The notes under the pieces are model-generated. The model was not told the DNA's origin. It did no database searches and saw only the letters and a program-made list of their open reading frames with translations. This document shows, piece by piece, positions 48,816 through 61,153 of a DNA stretch of 64,000 bases (position 1 is its first letter; the number at the start of each line of letters is the position of its first letter). Location: assembly GCF_048593235.1 (NCBI RefSeq), contig NC_133620.1, forward strand, positions 453,993,261-454,057,260. The letters are read 5' to 3'. The position numbers and the translations under genes were made by a program. This stretch comes from Sminthopsis crassicaudata (taxonomy: Eukaryota).

Positions 48816-50133
48816 TTCAGTCATCTCAAGGATCAAATATAAGCATCAGACACTAAGCATTTGAAATCCATTGAAGTTTTGCTCCTGCTGATGCCCCCAG
48901 ATGTTTTTCATGTCTGTCCCCGTTGATCCATGCTGCTGTGTTTGAGCTGAGCTGTGATGGGAATTTGGCACTTAGAGTGTGCTGTGGTCTATGCAGGGAA
49001 GCTGTCCTTGCCCTCACAGTCTGGCGGGGGCCGGGGGGGGGGGGGGAGTGTGTGCGCATGGGCACAAAACACATACAAGATGAGTTGGGGACGGCACTAA
49101 CCACTGAGAGCTTGTTAAGGGGGTACTGTCCCCTCCCCCCAAGCTTTGAGGGAAAGCAGGGAGTCTGAGTCAGTGAAAGAAGGCGGACATTTTGGACTGT
49201 TGTAGTGAGGAGCAGAATGGGACCAGAGAGTGTGGAACATGACTTTGGGGTGAGTTGTGAAGATGTAGAAAGATCCCTGTATTTGAGGACCAAGGACCTT
49301 AAGCTTGGCAGACCCGGCTCTGCTACATATTCCTTGGGTCACTGTGGGCCTCCATTTCTCCATCTATAAAGTGAGGGTCTTGACTAGATAACCCCACCAA
49401 AAGCCTCCCTTCTCTTTGTAGGTGGGGATCTCATCTCTTTGCTTTTCCACAAGCCACTCCTCCCCCATACATGGAACCTGCTCCATCCTCATTCTCAGCT
49501 CTGAGATCCTCTGCCTTCTCAAGCCCAGCTCCGGAACCTTAGCTTCATGTTCAGAACTCTATGTGTGTCCTAGTGATTAGTGTTCTCAGTCCCCTCACAT
49601 TGCTGGAAGCTCCTTGAGAGCTGGGGACTGGTTTTCCAGTGTTTGCTTTTGTGTCCCAAATACACAGTGTTTTGCATACAGTAGGTGTTGACTAAGCTTT
49701 TATTGACTCAATTAACTCTTGGCTCCCTTGAGTTCTGAGTCTTTACAAGGTCAAAACTTGAGTGAACAGATAGAAAACACTCTTCTCAGAGTGACCAGTT
49801 TTTATGGAAATGTACAAGTAAGCCCTTACTGGACCCAGTGCTGACCACTGAGCATCTTTTGGATCTGGGTAACAAGCCAGTGGCTCAATGCTACATTTTA
49901 AGATTTCTGTCCCAAACAGTGGTCACAGCTTTAAAAGGCAAAATCTTCAAGTTGTGCTGGAGGCGTACTTACCGTGTTAGAAACCCAGCACTTTTAAAAT
50001 CAGGTGCTTTTCCTGGATCCATGGGGTTCACATTTAGGCCTTCCCAGGAGCCCTTTTTGTGTCAAAGCTGCTTGCTTCCTGGAGGCTGGAGGAAGATTTT
50101 CCTGTTGTCACTGTTCTTTGGCTTTGCTTCCAG

Positions 50134-50254
50134 GCCTTATGATGGGAAGTGGAGTAAAACCATGGTGGGCTTTGGGCCCGAAGACAGTCACTTTGTTGCG
50201 GAGCTGACCTACAATTATGGCATTGGCGACTACCGGCTCGGCAACGACTTCCTA
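50134..50254 (+). CDS. GLOD4: GLOD4 exon 3
   Basis: ttccag|GCCTTAT...TTCCTA|gtaagg; 121 bp, [40 protein letters not shown]. Confidence 0.97.
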
Positions 50255-52799
50255 GTAAGGATCATGAACTTCCCCTGTGGTTTTTCCCATAGCCTCTCTG
50301 GAGGACAAAGGGCCTGGGTCAGTGGCTCTGCCCCCGGCTCAGGAGGAGGGGGAAAGAGACACAAGGGTACTGCACAGAGGCCTGGAGACTGGCTGTTGTG
50401 GGGGGAGCCCTCCATAATGCTTATATAGTTACAATGCACACCTGTGTGTTACCTGTACTATTCCCCAGAGATCCCAAGCCCTTTTCCTGCTGCAGCTCTT
50501 CTCTCCATCTCGCTACCCCCTCTGTAGTCAGTCAGCAAGCTTCAGGTAAATGTCTGCCACAAAGGCTCTAGCAACCCAGGGGAATCAGGAGAGCTTCAGA
50601 GAGTAAAGATGGCACCCACACGGAGTCTTAAAGGAACAGGTGCCCAGGGGTGAACAGGAAGGCCTTTCAGGCCTGGGGCATAGCTACGGGTACTGTGGGG
50701 AGAGTCGGACTGTAGGGGCAAGAAGGCAGCCAGGATCCCCACCCCCCCTTCCTGAAACTGGGCAGCATGGAAGGGATAACAGCTTGGGACATTTCACAGA
50801 CTCAGAGTTGTCTGGCCCTAGCTGCCATTTAGTCCTCCCCATCCCCCAGAGGGAGCCCCCACTGCTTTGTATCCAGGCTCTACAGTAAAATTTTTGGGTT
50901 TGAGGGCAGGAAGGGGTCTCCAGGGTCTCCCCAGGCAGCAGGGCGCACTCTTGGACAGCCCCTGGTTGACCAGCATGCTTCCCGCAGTGAGTACTCCCTC
51001 AAAGGCCTCTGCTCCAGGCCCAGTAGGCAGTACATGGAGTAAAGGAAGCATCGGGTCATCGGGTCCTGATTATAATCATAAAAGTATGTACTTGTAAGGA
51101 AGGAGGGAGGCAGTCATCAAGGTGCTCTTCATCTCTCTGTGCCACTGGCTTCCTCCGGGAGCCCTCATTACACCTGCTCAGAGGTCTGTCCTGGGCAGGG
51201 GGAGGGGCCTTGAGAGAGCACCCCACCCCCTCGGTCCCAAGCTGGGGGACCTTTGGTGTGATGATTCTTCTCAGAGCCCCCGGCCGTTTTCTCCTCTGGT
51301 CTTCATTGATCCGGCCTCACTAGGTGTGGGCATTTATGAAGCATCTACTGTGTGACTCTGGCCGCCAGGCAAGGTGGTTTTGGCAAGAGAGGCTCCTCTG
51401 GAGTCAGGCATGGCTTTTGTTTCCCCATCTGTAAAATGGTGGACTAGAAGGCCTGTGAGCCCCCTTTCAGCTCTAGCTATGTAGCCCAGCCACACAGCTC
51501 CCTTAGTCAGACAGAACCATCCCACCACTTTGACATGGTGCAGCTTGGTTTGATTTAAGGCAAGGATATACAAAAGCCCCAGGGCGGTCATCTGAGGGCC
51601 GCACATGACACAGCTGCGGCCCTGGGCGCGTCCCCACGGAGCAGGGGCCCCTCTCTGAATGAGAGTTTGGTTGGCAGGTGCCTCTCAATTAGTTGAAACT
51701 TCAGAGAAATTCAGAAATGTTACAGTCCTTAGGACCCAGATCACTCAGGCTTTCTCCATGGGCACTAGCAGTGTCCTCTTCAGTCTGATCCTTCCTGTCA
51801 GCTCCCTGGCAAACCCGGGTCCGGCTTTCGTAAAGTGGGACAAGTGATCATCCGGGCTCAGAGAGGGGCTGGGACCCTGTAGACATTACCCAAGCTGAGG
51901 CTTGGGCTGCCTGAACAAGAATTACACAAACACCAGGAGTCCCAGGTCGTCTTTTGTTTTAGCTGAGGGAACTTGTGGCAAAGAATCCATCACGGTGCCC
52001 TGACTTAGTGAGCCTCCGTTTGCTTAGTGCAAGGAGCTTGTATTCTAACGGGGACCCCGGTGGGAGAGACAAAATACCGGGTCATCTGGGAGGGAGGGGG
52101 AGGTGCCCCAGACAACCCCAGGATACAGCCTGGGCCCTGAGGGCACCTTTTCAGATGACAGAACTTTAGAGGGTTTGGGGGTGGGAACAAGTTCCTGTGT
52201 AGCCTGAGTGCCAGCATACGGGAGGAGCTAGCGCCCAGCATCATCCCCACCCACTCACGGTGACTCTGGGGCGGCCCACAGTATCACCAGGGGAAGAGTA
52301 AGGGCCCAGGAGAAAGCCTGGGGAGAGGGAGGGGAATAAGAGGCCAGGGAGGGCCAGTGAAGACCACCTCTGCTAGTGTCCTAGGGAACTGCCCACGGCC
52401 CTGAGTGGCAGCCAAATTGTCAGGGACACACAGGGCTGTCCGAGGCAGGGATTCCTGACTTGTGACCCCGCCAGACACCTCCGGAGGGGTCTGCTTCCAG
52501 GGTCAGAGGGGAACTGACTATGCAAAGTGGTAGGACCATTTCTCAGGGAGTTAGAGGATATTGCCGAGGGACAGCTTACTTTGCATTTTGGTGGGGAGAT
52601 GCCCTGACTTCTCTGGGTCTCTTCCCTAGGATTGACCAGAACTTATCTTCTAGAAAATTCCCCCAGCTGCTGCTGATCTGAAGGGGAACTGAACTCTGAA
52701 GAAGTCACGGGGTTGGGCCTTATCTTGCTCTGGAGGTGAAATGAGCCTCTTATCAGCCTGGCCATCAGGTGGAGTCACTCTGGTATGCTTTTGTCCCAG

Positions 52800-52944
52800 G
52801 GCCTCACCCTGGTCTCCAGTCAGGCAGTCTCCAAGGCCAAGGAGGCCGAGTGGCCGCTGCGGGAGATCTCCGAGGGAGTTTTTGAAACTGAAGCCCCCGG
52901 AGGATATAAGTTCTATTTAAAGAACCACAGTCAGCCCTCATCAG
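52800..52944 (+). CDS. GLOD4: GLOD4 exon 4
   Basis: gtcccag|GGCCTC...TCATCAG|gtactt; 145 bp, [48 protein letters not shown]. Confidence 0.96.
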
Positions 52945-53599
52945 GTACTTACTGGGCAGCGCCCTCCTGCCTCACGAGGGCCAAGCGCAAAGGGAAGGCG
53001 GCCTCAGAGCAGGTTGGGCACGGGAGGTGGTTTCTGCCCCCTGGCTCCTCTCCTCTGGAGCCGAGCTGTCTCCAAGTGTCTAAGGAGACACTTCTGCCCC
53101 TGCTCGGCCTTGTCACCTCCAAGCTCTTGAGCCTGGAACGAAGCTAGAATCTGGGGCGCTGGGAGGGTTTGGGTGCCCACCTGCCCTGTCAGCTGTCTAT
53201 CGCCTTGTGGGTAGAGCTGATTAGTACCAGTCTACCAAGTTAAACATCTGCAAAAGAGCCGGAGTCCTCAAGGATCTGTCGCAAAGTTAGATTGCAACTC
53301 CTTTCACAGGGTCAGATGGAAGGGGCACCCTGAGCTCTGGCCTCTCTTCCCCATCCCTTCCTCCAATACTGCATCCCCCATTGTTGGTTTGGTGGTGGTC
53401 TTCCCTTGGGGAGCCCGGGGAGAACAGGAAGAGGAGCAAGCAGGGATGTGGGGGATGGGCCCCTGCTCAGGGTCCTGTTGCTCACATGGTCAGTGTACAC
53501 GTTCCCACAAACCCTTGAGACAATGAATGTGGGTGATTAGGCAGGGGCTTAATCAGCAAGGCATGAATGCGCGAGTGGCATTGTGTTTCTGACCCCCAG

Positions 53600-53736
53600 A
53601 CCCCGTGCTGAAAGTGACCTTGGCCGTGTCCGACCTGGGCACATCTCTGCACTACTGGTCAGACCTGCTGGGCATGAAGGTGTACGAGAAGGATGAGGAG
53701 CAGCAGCGGGCTCTGCTGGGCTATGCAGATAGCCAG
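53600..53736 (+). CDS. GLOD4: GLOD4 exon 5
   Basis: ccccag|ACCCCGTG...AGCCAG|gtgagt; 137 bp, [45 protein letters not shown]. Confidence 0.96.
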
Positions 53737-53823
53737 GTGAGTGCCATGCGCCGGGCTGGGCCCCTTGCGGACTGGGGAGGCTTGGACCGCCCCCTGAATT
53801 GGACGCCTCTGGGTTCTTTTCAG

Positions 53824-53910
53824 TGCAAGCTGGAGCTACAGGGCATCAAGGGAGCCGTGGATCATGGGACAGCTTTTGGGAGGATTGCCTTTTCCTGCCC
53901 CAAGAGAGAG
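53824..53910 (+). CDS. GLOD4: GLOD4 exon 6
   Basis: ttttcag|TGCAAG...AGAGAG|gtagtg; 87 bp, [29 protein letters not shown]. Confidence 0.96.
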
Positions 53911-54279
53911 GTAGTGCTTTATCTGCCAGTTCTCATCAGCTTTGCCTGGTTCCAGGCCTCCATAACCCTATTGGCCATCTCTAACTAGGCCCTCGCCCCT
54001 GCTCTTCCCCTCTCCCCCTGAGTGACTGGGTGGTTCTGGCTCATTCCTCCTATTTAGTCTTTGGTGGAGAGCAGTTGCCCTGAGCCCTGCCACGCCCCAA
54101 AGTCCCACTTTCCGGAGGGGCTGCTGAGAGCACCCCTTCTTGGCCACCCCTCCCAGCTGAGATACGGAAAAAAAAAAAGGGAATCAAGGTTCTCTCCCTC
54201 TGACATTTTGTCTGCCCTAACTGACAGAGGCTGGTAGGGAGCAGCTCCTGACCCCAAGGCGCTGTATCTGTTTCTTAAG

Positions 54280-54393
54280 TTACCAGACATAGAAGCACTG
54301 ATGAAAAAGGAGAACCAAAAGATTCTGACCCCCCTCGTTAGTCTGGATACACCCGGGAAAGCAACGGTCCAGGTGGTCATTCTAGCCGACCCG
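54280..54393 (+). CDS. GLOD4: GLOD4 exon 7
   Basis: ttcttaag|TTACCA...GACCCG|gtaagg; 114 bp, [38 protein letters not shown]. Confidence 0.96.
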
Positions 54394-54473
54394 GTAAGGA
54401 GGAGCCTGTGGGCGGGGCCAGGCCAGCAAGCCACCCTTAGGCCGGAACTCTGACCCTTTGTTTTCCTGTTTAG

Positions 54474-54560
54474 GATGGACATGAAATTTGTTTCGTGGGC
54501 GATGAAGCATTTCGAGAACTTTCTAAGACGGATCCAAATGGGAACAAGTTGTTGGATGAT
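54474..54560 (+). CDS. GLOD4: GLOD4 exon 8
   Basis: gtttag|GATGGA...GATGAT|gtaagt; 87 bp, [29 protein letters not shown]. Confidence 0.96.
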
Positions 54561-55552
54561 GTAAGTCTTGTTTATTTTCTGAATAAGTGTCCCTTTTTGC
54601 TCCTTGTCCTGGAATGCCTTGGATTGGGATGGAGTGACTCATGCTAGGGTGCCCTGATTCTGACTTGGAAAACCATGCCTTCGGTTTTGGGGGTCAGAGA
54701 CAGCCAGGTCTGTTGCTTTATTGAGGTGACAGCAAACTACCAATGTGGAAGATGCCAACAAGGGTTTTTTCCCAGACCTGGTCCATATTGCAGAAAGTTT
54801 TTCATTATTGAGCCTGAAAGCCATTTTCTCTCAGTGTCCCCCAAGCCTACCTTGCTCTTTCCTTTCTGCCTCCTGATTTCCTTTTAAGCCCTAGCTCAGA
54901 TCCTTTGTCCTGGAAGCCCTAACCAGTTTCCTTCCCTAGAGCATCTTGACCTTCCTCTGTTGATTATGTCCAGTTTATCCTATCCAGAGCTTGGATAAGC
55001 TGCTGTCTGCTGTCCTCTTGAAGACAGCAGGAATTGTCTTTTGCCTTTCTTTGTATTTCCAGCTCTTACACAATGCTTGGCATATAGTAAATGTCTAATT
55101 GTTGACTTGATTTAAGGGAGGAGAACATGAGGTTGAGTTGGTATTCTTAATACTTATTGGCCTTTTATCTCATTCCCTTTTCCTTCTCCCCAGAGCGCCA
55201 TCTCTGAGGGAGGGAAAAATGAGTTCAACAAAGCAAACTTCTGTCAGTTGAATCTAAAGTATATTCTCCCATATCTGCAAATAAGGGAGAGAGCTGCATC
55301 TTCTCCCTGTTCTCTGAGGCCCTGTTTGGTCAAAATAATTACACAGTGGTTAGTGTCTGGTTCTTAGTTTGCTATTCTTTCCCTTATGCTTCCTGTGTCT
55401 TGGGAGCCAGTGGTGTGTGGTGACCAGTAGAGGCACTTAGCCCAGTCATCCCTGTTCTAATAGCCTCACTCCTCAGCTGGGGAGCCCTTGGTGCCAGTCC
55501 AGGTATTTTTCCCTCTTATAACCACCATCTTCCTTCTATTCTCTTTGGATAG

Positions 55553-55618
55553 GCAATGGCAGCAGACAAAAGTGATGAGTGGTTTGCTAAAAAGAAAATA
55601 CCGAAGGCTTCTGGATAA
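55553..55618 (+). CDS. GLOD4: GLOD4 exon 9 (terminal coding exon)
   Basis: ggatag|GCAATG...GGATAA; AMAADKSDEWFAKKKIPKASG*; the nine exons total 918 nt = 305 aa plus stop. Confidence 0.96.
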   Translation, partial: AMAADKSDEWFAKKKIPKASG

Positions 55619-56794
55619 TGGAAAACAGCATTGGAACAAAGACTTAAGCTATTTGTCCACACTCCCATCCAGCACTAGAGATGGAGTGTTTCCTAGGGCT
55701 CTTATTTTTTAGGGGTGCCCCAGGACATAGTCTTTGTGCCTTTTGGGGAGAAGTGTCTTAATGAAATTTCACCTCTGGATCTTTAAAGTTGTCCCTTTTC
55801 GTAGATCCACAGATCACAGATTACTTACATGGGTTTGGTGGCGGGATGAGTTCAAGCTCATGATTTGCTAAGACTTTAGAAATAGTGTCTTTTTCCCAGA
55901 ACTAGAGCAGACCCCAGTCTGGGCAGATATTGTGACTAAGGCAGAGACCCTAGAGCTCTTTACTAAAAGAACAATGTAAAATGTCAAATCAGATTCTAAG
56001 TCAATGAAGGACATGAGTTCACTATCCCAAAAGAATACCAAAGTAATGAGTTGGTGGTAAGCAGAAGATTCATGAGTGGGAGGTGAAGAAGGCATCAAGA
56101 CTTTTCTGGGCTCTCTTTCCTCTCCACTTTTCAAACTTCTAAGGGACCAAAGGAAAATGGAATGTCACTTTTTTTTAGATTTCTTGAAATTATTTAAATG
56201 GTACCAGATTTTAAATCAGGTTTCCCTGTGATTTATAAGGTTGTTTTATTTCCCTTTTTGGTATAACTGGGTATGGAGATTTTAATATTCGGTTGACTAG
56301 GGTTGAACAGCTTTGTTCTGAAATTTCAAAAAGGAGAAAATTCCCCCCAAATAGTGTACATCTGGTTCTTAGGCTCAGGAATTAAAGCAGCGATAGTTAA
56401 TTATTTTCATAAAGAGGATGGATTGGGGCTGGGAAAGCTCCAAAGAACTAATCTCAGAGCCACACATTAAAATTTAAACTGAGCTCTTACCACCTGAAGC
56501 TGGAATTTTAAGAGAAAACCCTGATTTATAATACCACCTTAAAAATGATTTGGAATATCAACCTTGAGAAGAGTTTCACTCATCCCCGTAATTCCTAATG
56601 CACATTTCAAATGATCTACAGAGCATCAGAAAGTAGTTAGAAATCAGGATTTTTCCAGAACAGATGGTACATTTTTTTTCTGTATAATGTACAAATAAGT
56701 TTAAGGTGATTTGATAGTGATATTTATTCTGCTTGATGGTTCAATTATGTTTTATGTGGAGAAAAGAATTGTTTACATAGACCTGGAATTGTCA

Positions 56795-56800
56795 AATAAA
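56795..56800 (+). terminator. Candidate GLOD4 polyadenylation signal
   Basis: AATAAA about 1.2 kb after the stop codon, followed by U-rich sequence; ATTAAA variants also occur near 56381 and 56466. Confidence 0.45.
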
Positions 56801-59479
56801 TTTCCTTCTCAGTTTTTTCAGTGATTTGTAAATTCTATTCCTTTTTTTCCAAGGCTTTTCCCCAACAGCCTTCTCCTGAACCGTTCAAACTAAAATGGAT
56901 ACACCAGTGGCAATACCCCCATGCCTTATGTACCTGGGCTTAGGGTAAGGATCCAGCACACAGGGTGCCCACACTTGGTATGCCTGTGGAATTTTAAATA
57001 TCCATTGTGAAGGTTAAGGGTGAAATATCCTGACAGTATCAGCTCTCACTAATTCATTGCCCATTTCCTTACAACCTGGGGATGTGATGACTCTCATTCT
57101 GCACAGGGCGGGTTTTAAAGTAAATCTTATTTTTTATCTAGATAGTTGAATGGTTGTTTGAGGTCCTCAGTAATTAAGTCAGAACCTATAAAACCACTTC
57201 CTATGTAAGGATAAAACTGTGGGTTGCCTACTAGATGAGAAGACCAAGTTGCTGATCAGTTCTACTCATTATTGTTCACAGAGTGGCTTTATTATTGGAT
57301 GTAAAATATAGCCCTATTTCCTAGTCATCAAGGACAGGCATAAAAGTACATGTCAAAGATAAACATCCATATGTTCACCTCTGTTGACTCAGGAGAATGT
57401 TCAGTATTCAGAATTAGATGAGATGTTTAAGAGGAATTGTAGCTGGCCCGTGCTCTGCTCTGCTCTGCCTTCCTCAGCATCTCTGAAGGGGAAAGGGCTC
57501 TGCGTTATTGAAACCCCTCAGGGGTACCTGCAAGTTCTCCCCACTTGCCTACAATGAAACCCAATTTGGATTTGTTGGTGATTTTAGAAGGAAGCAAGGG
57601 TACCCATGACTTGGGAACTTGGCAAACAGGCCAGTAAATAATAAATGTTGCAGACACTCCAACTTGGGCTATAGTAAATTTCTTAACAGAAAAGTCACAG
57701 TTTTTTGAGGTGGAAAGGCCATGGTCCTCTAGTCCAACCCATTTCCAAAAGGATTCCATGCTTTACAAATGGTTGTCTAGCTTCTTCCTTAGAAAACATC
57801 CAGCAAGGAAGGACTTCACCTCTCCAGGCAGCTCCTTCCAGCTCCTCAGATGCAAATTTGCACAGAGCCAGGAGGGATTAATAAAAAGCCCAAACTCAGT
57901 GATGGCTTCAGGCTCCAGTGTCCAACAGCATCTGGCTGGATATCGGGATAGGAACTAAACCAGCGATTTTATCTTGCTTGGGCAGATTGTCATCTCTGAG
58001 ACTGACTAAAGAGCAAACTAACAAGAAGCAGAATCGCATTAAAACGTAATTGGGTGGTGATGAACTACATCAGTGGTATTGATTTTTCTAAGTGTGTGGC
58101 CAGAAGGTGGAAACCCTGTAGGTGGAGCAGTGATCAGAGCACCAGGCTTGGAGTCAAAGGCTGCTCAAGTCCAACCTCAGGCAAATATTCACCAAACTGT
58201 GTCACTGAACTTCCGACTCGGTGTCCTCAATTTTCCCAGGTGGTTGTGAAGATTAAAGAAGTTGTTTGCGCAGGGTCTGGCACAGGTGCTGCACAGCTCA
58301 TGTGCCTGAGGTGGTCATAGTTCTGGGAGCCCAACTTTCCATGACACCAAACCACTTCTAACTCAAACGAGGAAATCAAAGCTATTCCCTGCTGACTTTA
58401 TTCCAGAGACCAAAAAGGAACTATCTTTGGTTGTTCTAGACTGTTTGGTTAATTTCACACTAATTTTTTTGTGTTTTAAAAACTTCCAACTAGTTTAAAT
58501 TTTCAAAATCATGCCTGACTTTTTCCCACACTAAAATAAACCCATGAAGTCTTATCACTGCTAAATACTTAAATGTTCCACGATCAATGTATGTGCTAAA
58601 TGTGGAATTGAGGATGGATGTTTTCCCCATCCCCAGCCCCACAAACACAGGTCAGTGGTAGTGGGCACTGGGTAAAACAAATTCCATCCAGCCCTATAAA
58701 GATGTCACATGGGAAGTTTGCTTGCATTCCTTGCAAAAGGGCCCAAATAGGCCCACCCAGCCTACTGGGAGAGGGGGGAGGCAGAGGAACAGCATTACGA
58801 TGTCCATAGGTCACAGTCCAGTCCATCTTTGGCCCCAGCAGCTTTCCTTGTGCCTATCAGATCGTAAGACCCGATGGGAGGCTTCCCTCCCTCAAAGGCA
58901 AAAGAATTCCTTTGAAAACATTCTTGCTTTTCAGGTCACATTCAGTGACAGAGATCCCAAAATTTAAAGCTACGAGGCCTCTGTTCCCAATGTCTACCTA
59001 GAAAGAGGCAGAACAGCCCCAAGTCGTTTTTGTTTCCATTTCTGGTCATAGACATTGCAGAAGGATCTTACAGCAAGGACTGTAAGGCTGGTCATGGTGG
59101 GCATCCTTCTGGGATTGCAGAAACACCTTGGCAAAAGTGGTCAAGTTTGGGAGAATGCTGCAGTCCCTAAGTTTCTACAGATCTGTTTTCCTTGTAGGGG
59201 TTTCCAAAACTTTGTAATCTTTGTCCTAGTTTAGCAGCTGGACGGGTGCATTCATGGAATGTATCACTAGTTGGAGAATTAGTGGGATTCCAAGTTGGGT
59301 ACGTTCATTTTGCTTAGATGTCGTCCCAGGGAAGATTATATTCTGGGACCAATCAGAAGTGAATATAATAAAATGATAGAAGATACTCCAACTCTTCCCC
59401 CACTTTGTGAATGTTTCAGCAGACATTTTCAGTGCATCTTTTCTGTTGTGATTTTTTTCCTCTTTAAAAAAAAAAATAC

Positions 59480-60296
59480 TGTGTTATAATACCTATACAA
59501 ATTGCTGTCTTGGCAAGGGTGAAGGTAAAAGAGAGAAGTAAGAAATTTGAAATTCAAAATCTTATAAAAATAAATGTTGAAAACTATCTTTACATGTAAT
59601 TTGAAAAATTGAAATTTAAAGTAGGCTGTTGTGTAGGATGTTTCTCTGTAAGGGGGAGGGGAAAGGATACTGGGGATAACTATAGTGTAAGAAATAGATG
59701 TCATTGAAATTCAAAGACCCCAGGTTTTGGGGATAAAAACTGCTGGGAAAATTGGCAATTAGCATGGCAGAAACTAGGCATTGACCTACATTTAACACCA
59801 TATATCAAGAAGGTCGAAATGGGTTTATGATTTAGACAGTGATATTATAAGCAAATTAGAACAAAGGATAGTTTACCTCTCAGATCTGTGGAGAAAGAAG
59901 GAATTTATGGCCAAAGAATTAGAATTCATCATTGAACAAAAAATAAATAATTTTAATTAAGTTAAAAATCTTTGTACAAACAAAAGAATCCAGACAATAG
60001 AAGGGAAGCAATAAACTGGGAAAACAATTTTTACATTCAAAGCTTCTGATAAAGGCCTCATTTCTAAAATATATAATTGACTCAAATTTTAAGAATTCAA
60101 GGCATTTTCCAGTTGATAAATGGTCAAAGTTTATGAATAGACAATTTTCAGATGAAGAAATTAAAACCATTTCTAGTCATATGAGAAGGTGCTCTAACTC
60201 ACTATTGATAAAAGAAATGCAAATTAAGACAACCTTGAGGTACCCACTACACACCTCTCAGATTGGCTAAGATGACAGACAGGAAAAGATAATGTG
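59480..60296 (+). mobile_element. L1 3'UTR remnant followed by an internal ORF2 fragment
   Basis: aatgttgaaaactatctttacatg tail at about 59575; aaactgctgggaaaattgg...ataaaggcctcatttctaaaatata...atgcaaattaagacaac ORF2 motifs at 59735-60290. Confidence 0.8.
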
Positions 60297-60784
60297 GGAA
60301 AGCTGATACTATGCTTGACTTCTAGTGGAAGCTTTAAGAACTTTGCATTTATATACAACAGCACACTTTTCTCTCCACACCCTCAAGAACTGTCATTTTC
60401 ATCTCTACTAATGTCTTTGGGGCAGGTGGAACATTTAAAAACTTGGGGGGCAATAGGGCCTAACTTTGCTCAGAGTGTTACCAGTGCTTGTCAAGGGCAA
60501 ACCAGGATTAAGACTCAGCAGTTTGCTCACTAAAATTGCCATTAACACGGTTTCTCCCTAACAAAAACGGGGCTTCCCAGAGCTACTTTACAAGCTCCAT
60601 AGACCATTGCAGAACAAAGCTGGCTCCAGACCAAACCTGGGCTGGGGCTGGCTTAGAAAGCTTAGCTTCTGAAGAGGGGGTCTCTGGGGATCAGCCCCCT
60701 TCTTGGAGCCATATCCTGCTCCTTTTTTCCTCCCGCCCCAAAAGAAGTCACAAATCCACATTTGGGATTTGCCTTTTAAAGCGA

Positions 60785-60790
60785 TTTATT
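60785..60790 (-). terminator. Candidate DBIL5 polyadenylation signal
   Basis: tttatt on + (AATAAA on -), about 100 nt after the DBIL5 stop codon. Confidence 0.65.
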
Positions 60791-60892
60791 AGTTATCATT
60801 CCTAGCTAGGTTCCTAGGGTCTCAAAGGAATTCAGTCGCCCTCCATAACAAGATTAAGTAGATTCTTCCCCTCCTGGGAAGGCTGCTCTCTT

Positions 60893-61153
60893 TTAACACT
60901 GTCTGCTCTTTAGCTCTTCCACTTTGGACACGTAGACCCTCATGGCGTCCAGCTTGGACATCCCTTTGCGGCAGTTCCAAGCTTCCCACTTGGCTTTGGC
61001 TTTGAAGTCGGTGACTTCTGGGCAGGGGATGTTGATGTCCCCAACGGTGGCCTGCTTGTAGTAGCTATACACTATCAGTTTCTCCTCGTCACTCACGGGG
61101 CCTGTCAGCTGCTTAACTGCTGCACATGCCAATTCAAATTCTACCTGGGCCAT
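60893..61153 (-). CDS. DBIL5: Diazepam-binding inhibitor-like 5 / endozepine-like peptide (acyl-CoA-binding protein family), intact, single coding exon
   Basis: 86-aa [48 protein letters not shown]...[30 protein letters not shown]. The ACBP motifs and ELP-type N-terminus (QVEFExAC, GPVSD) are present, and it lies between GLOD4 and GEMIN4 as recalled for human DBIL5P. Confidence 0.9.
   Translation of the reverse strand: MAQVEFELACAAVKQLTGPVSDEEKLIVYSYYKQATVGDINIPCPEVTDFKAKAKWEAWNCRKGMSKLDAMRVYVSKVEELKSRQC

Noticed and set aside
60893-61153. Interpretation as a random processed pseudogene of DBI or as ACBD7
   Set aside because: The ORF is intact, has ELP-diagnostic residues, its own poly(A) signal and 5'UTR acceptors, shows no poly-A tail or TSD, and is syntenic with DBIL5P.
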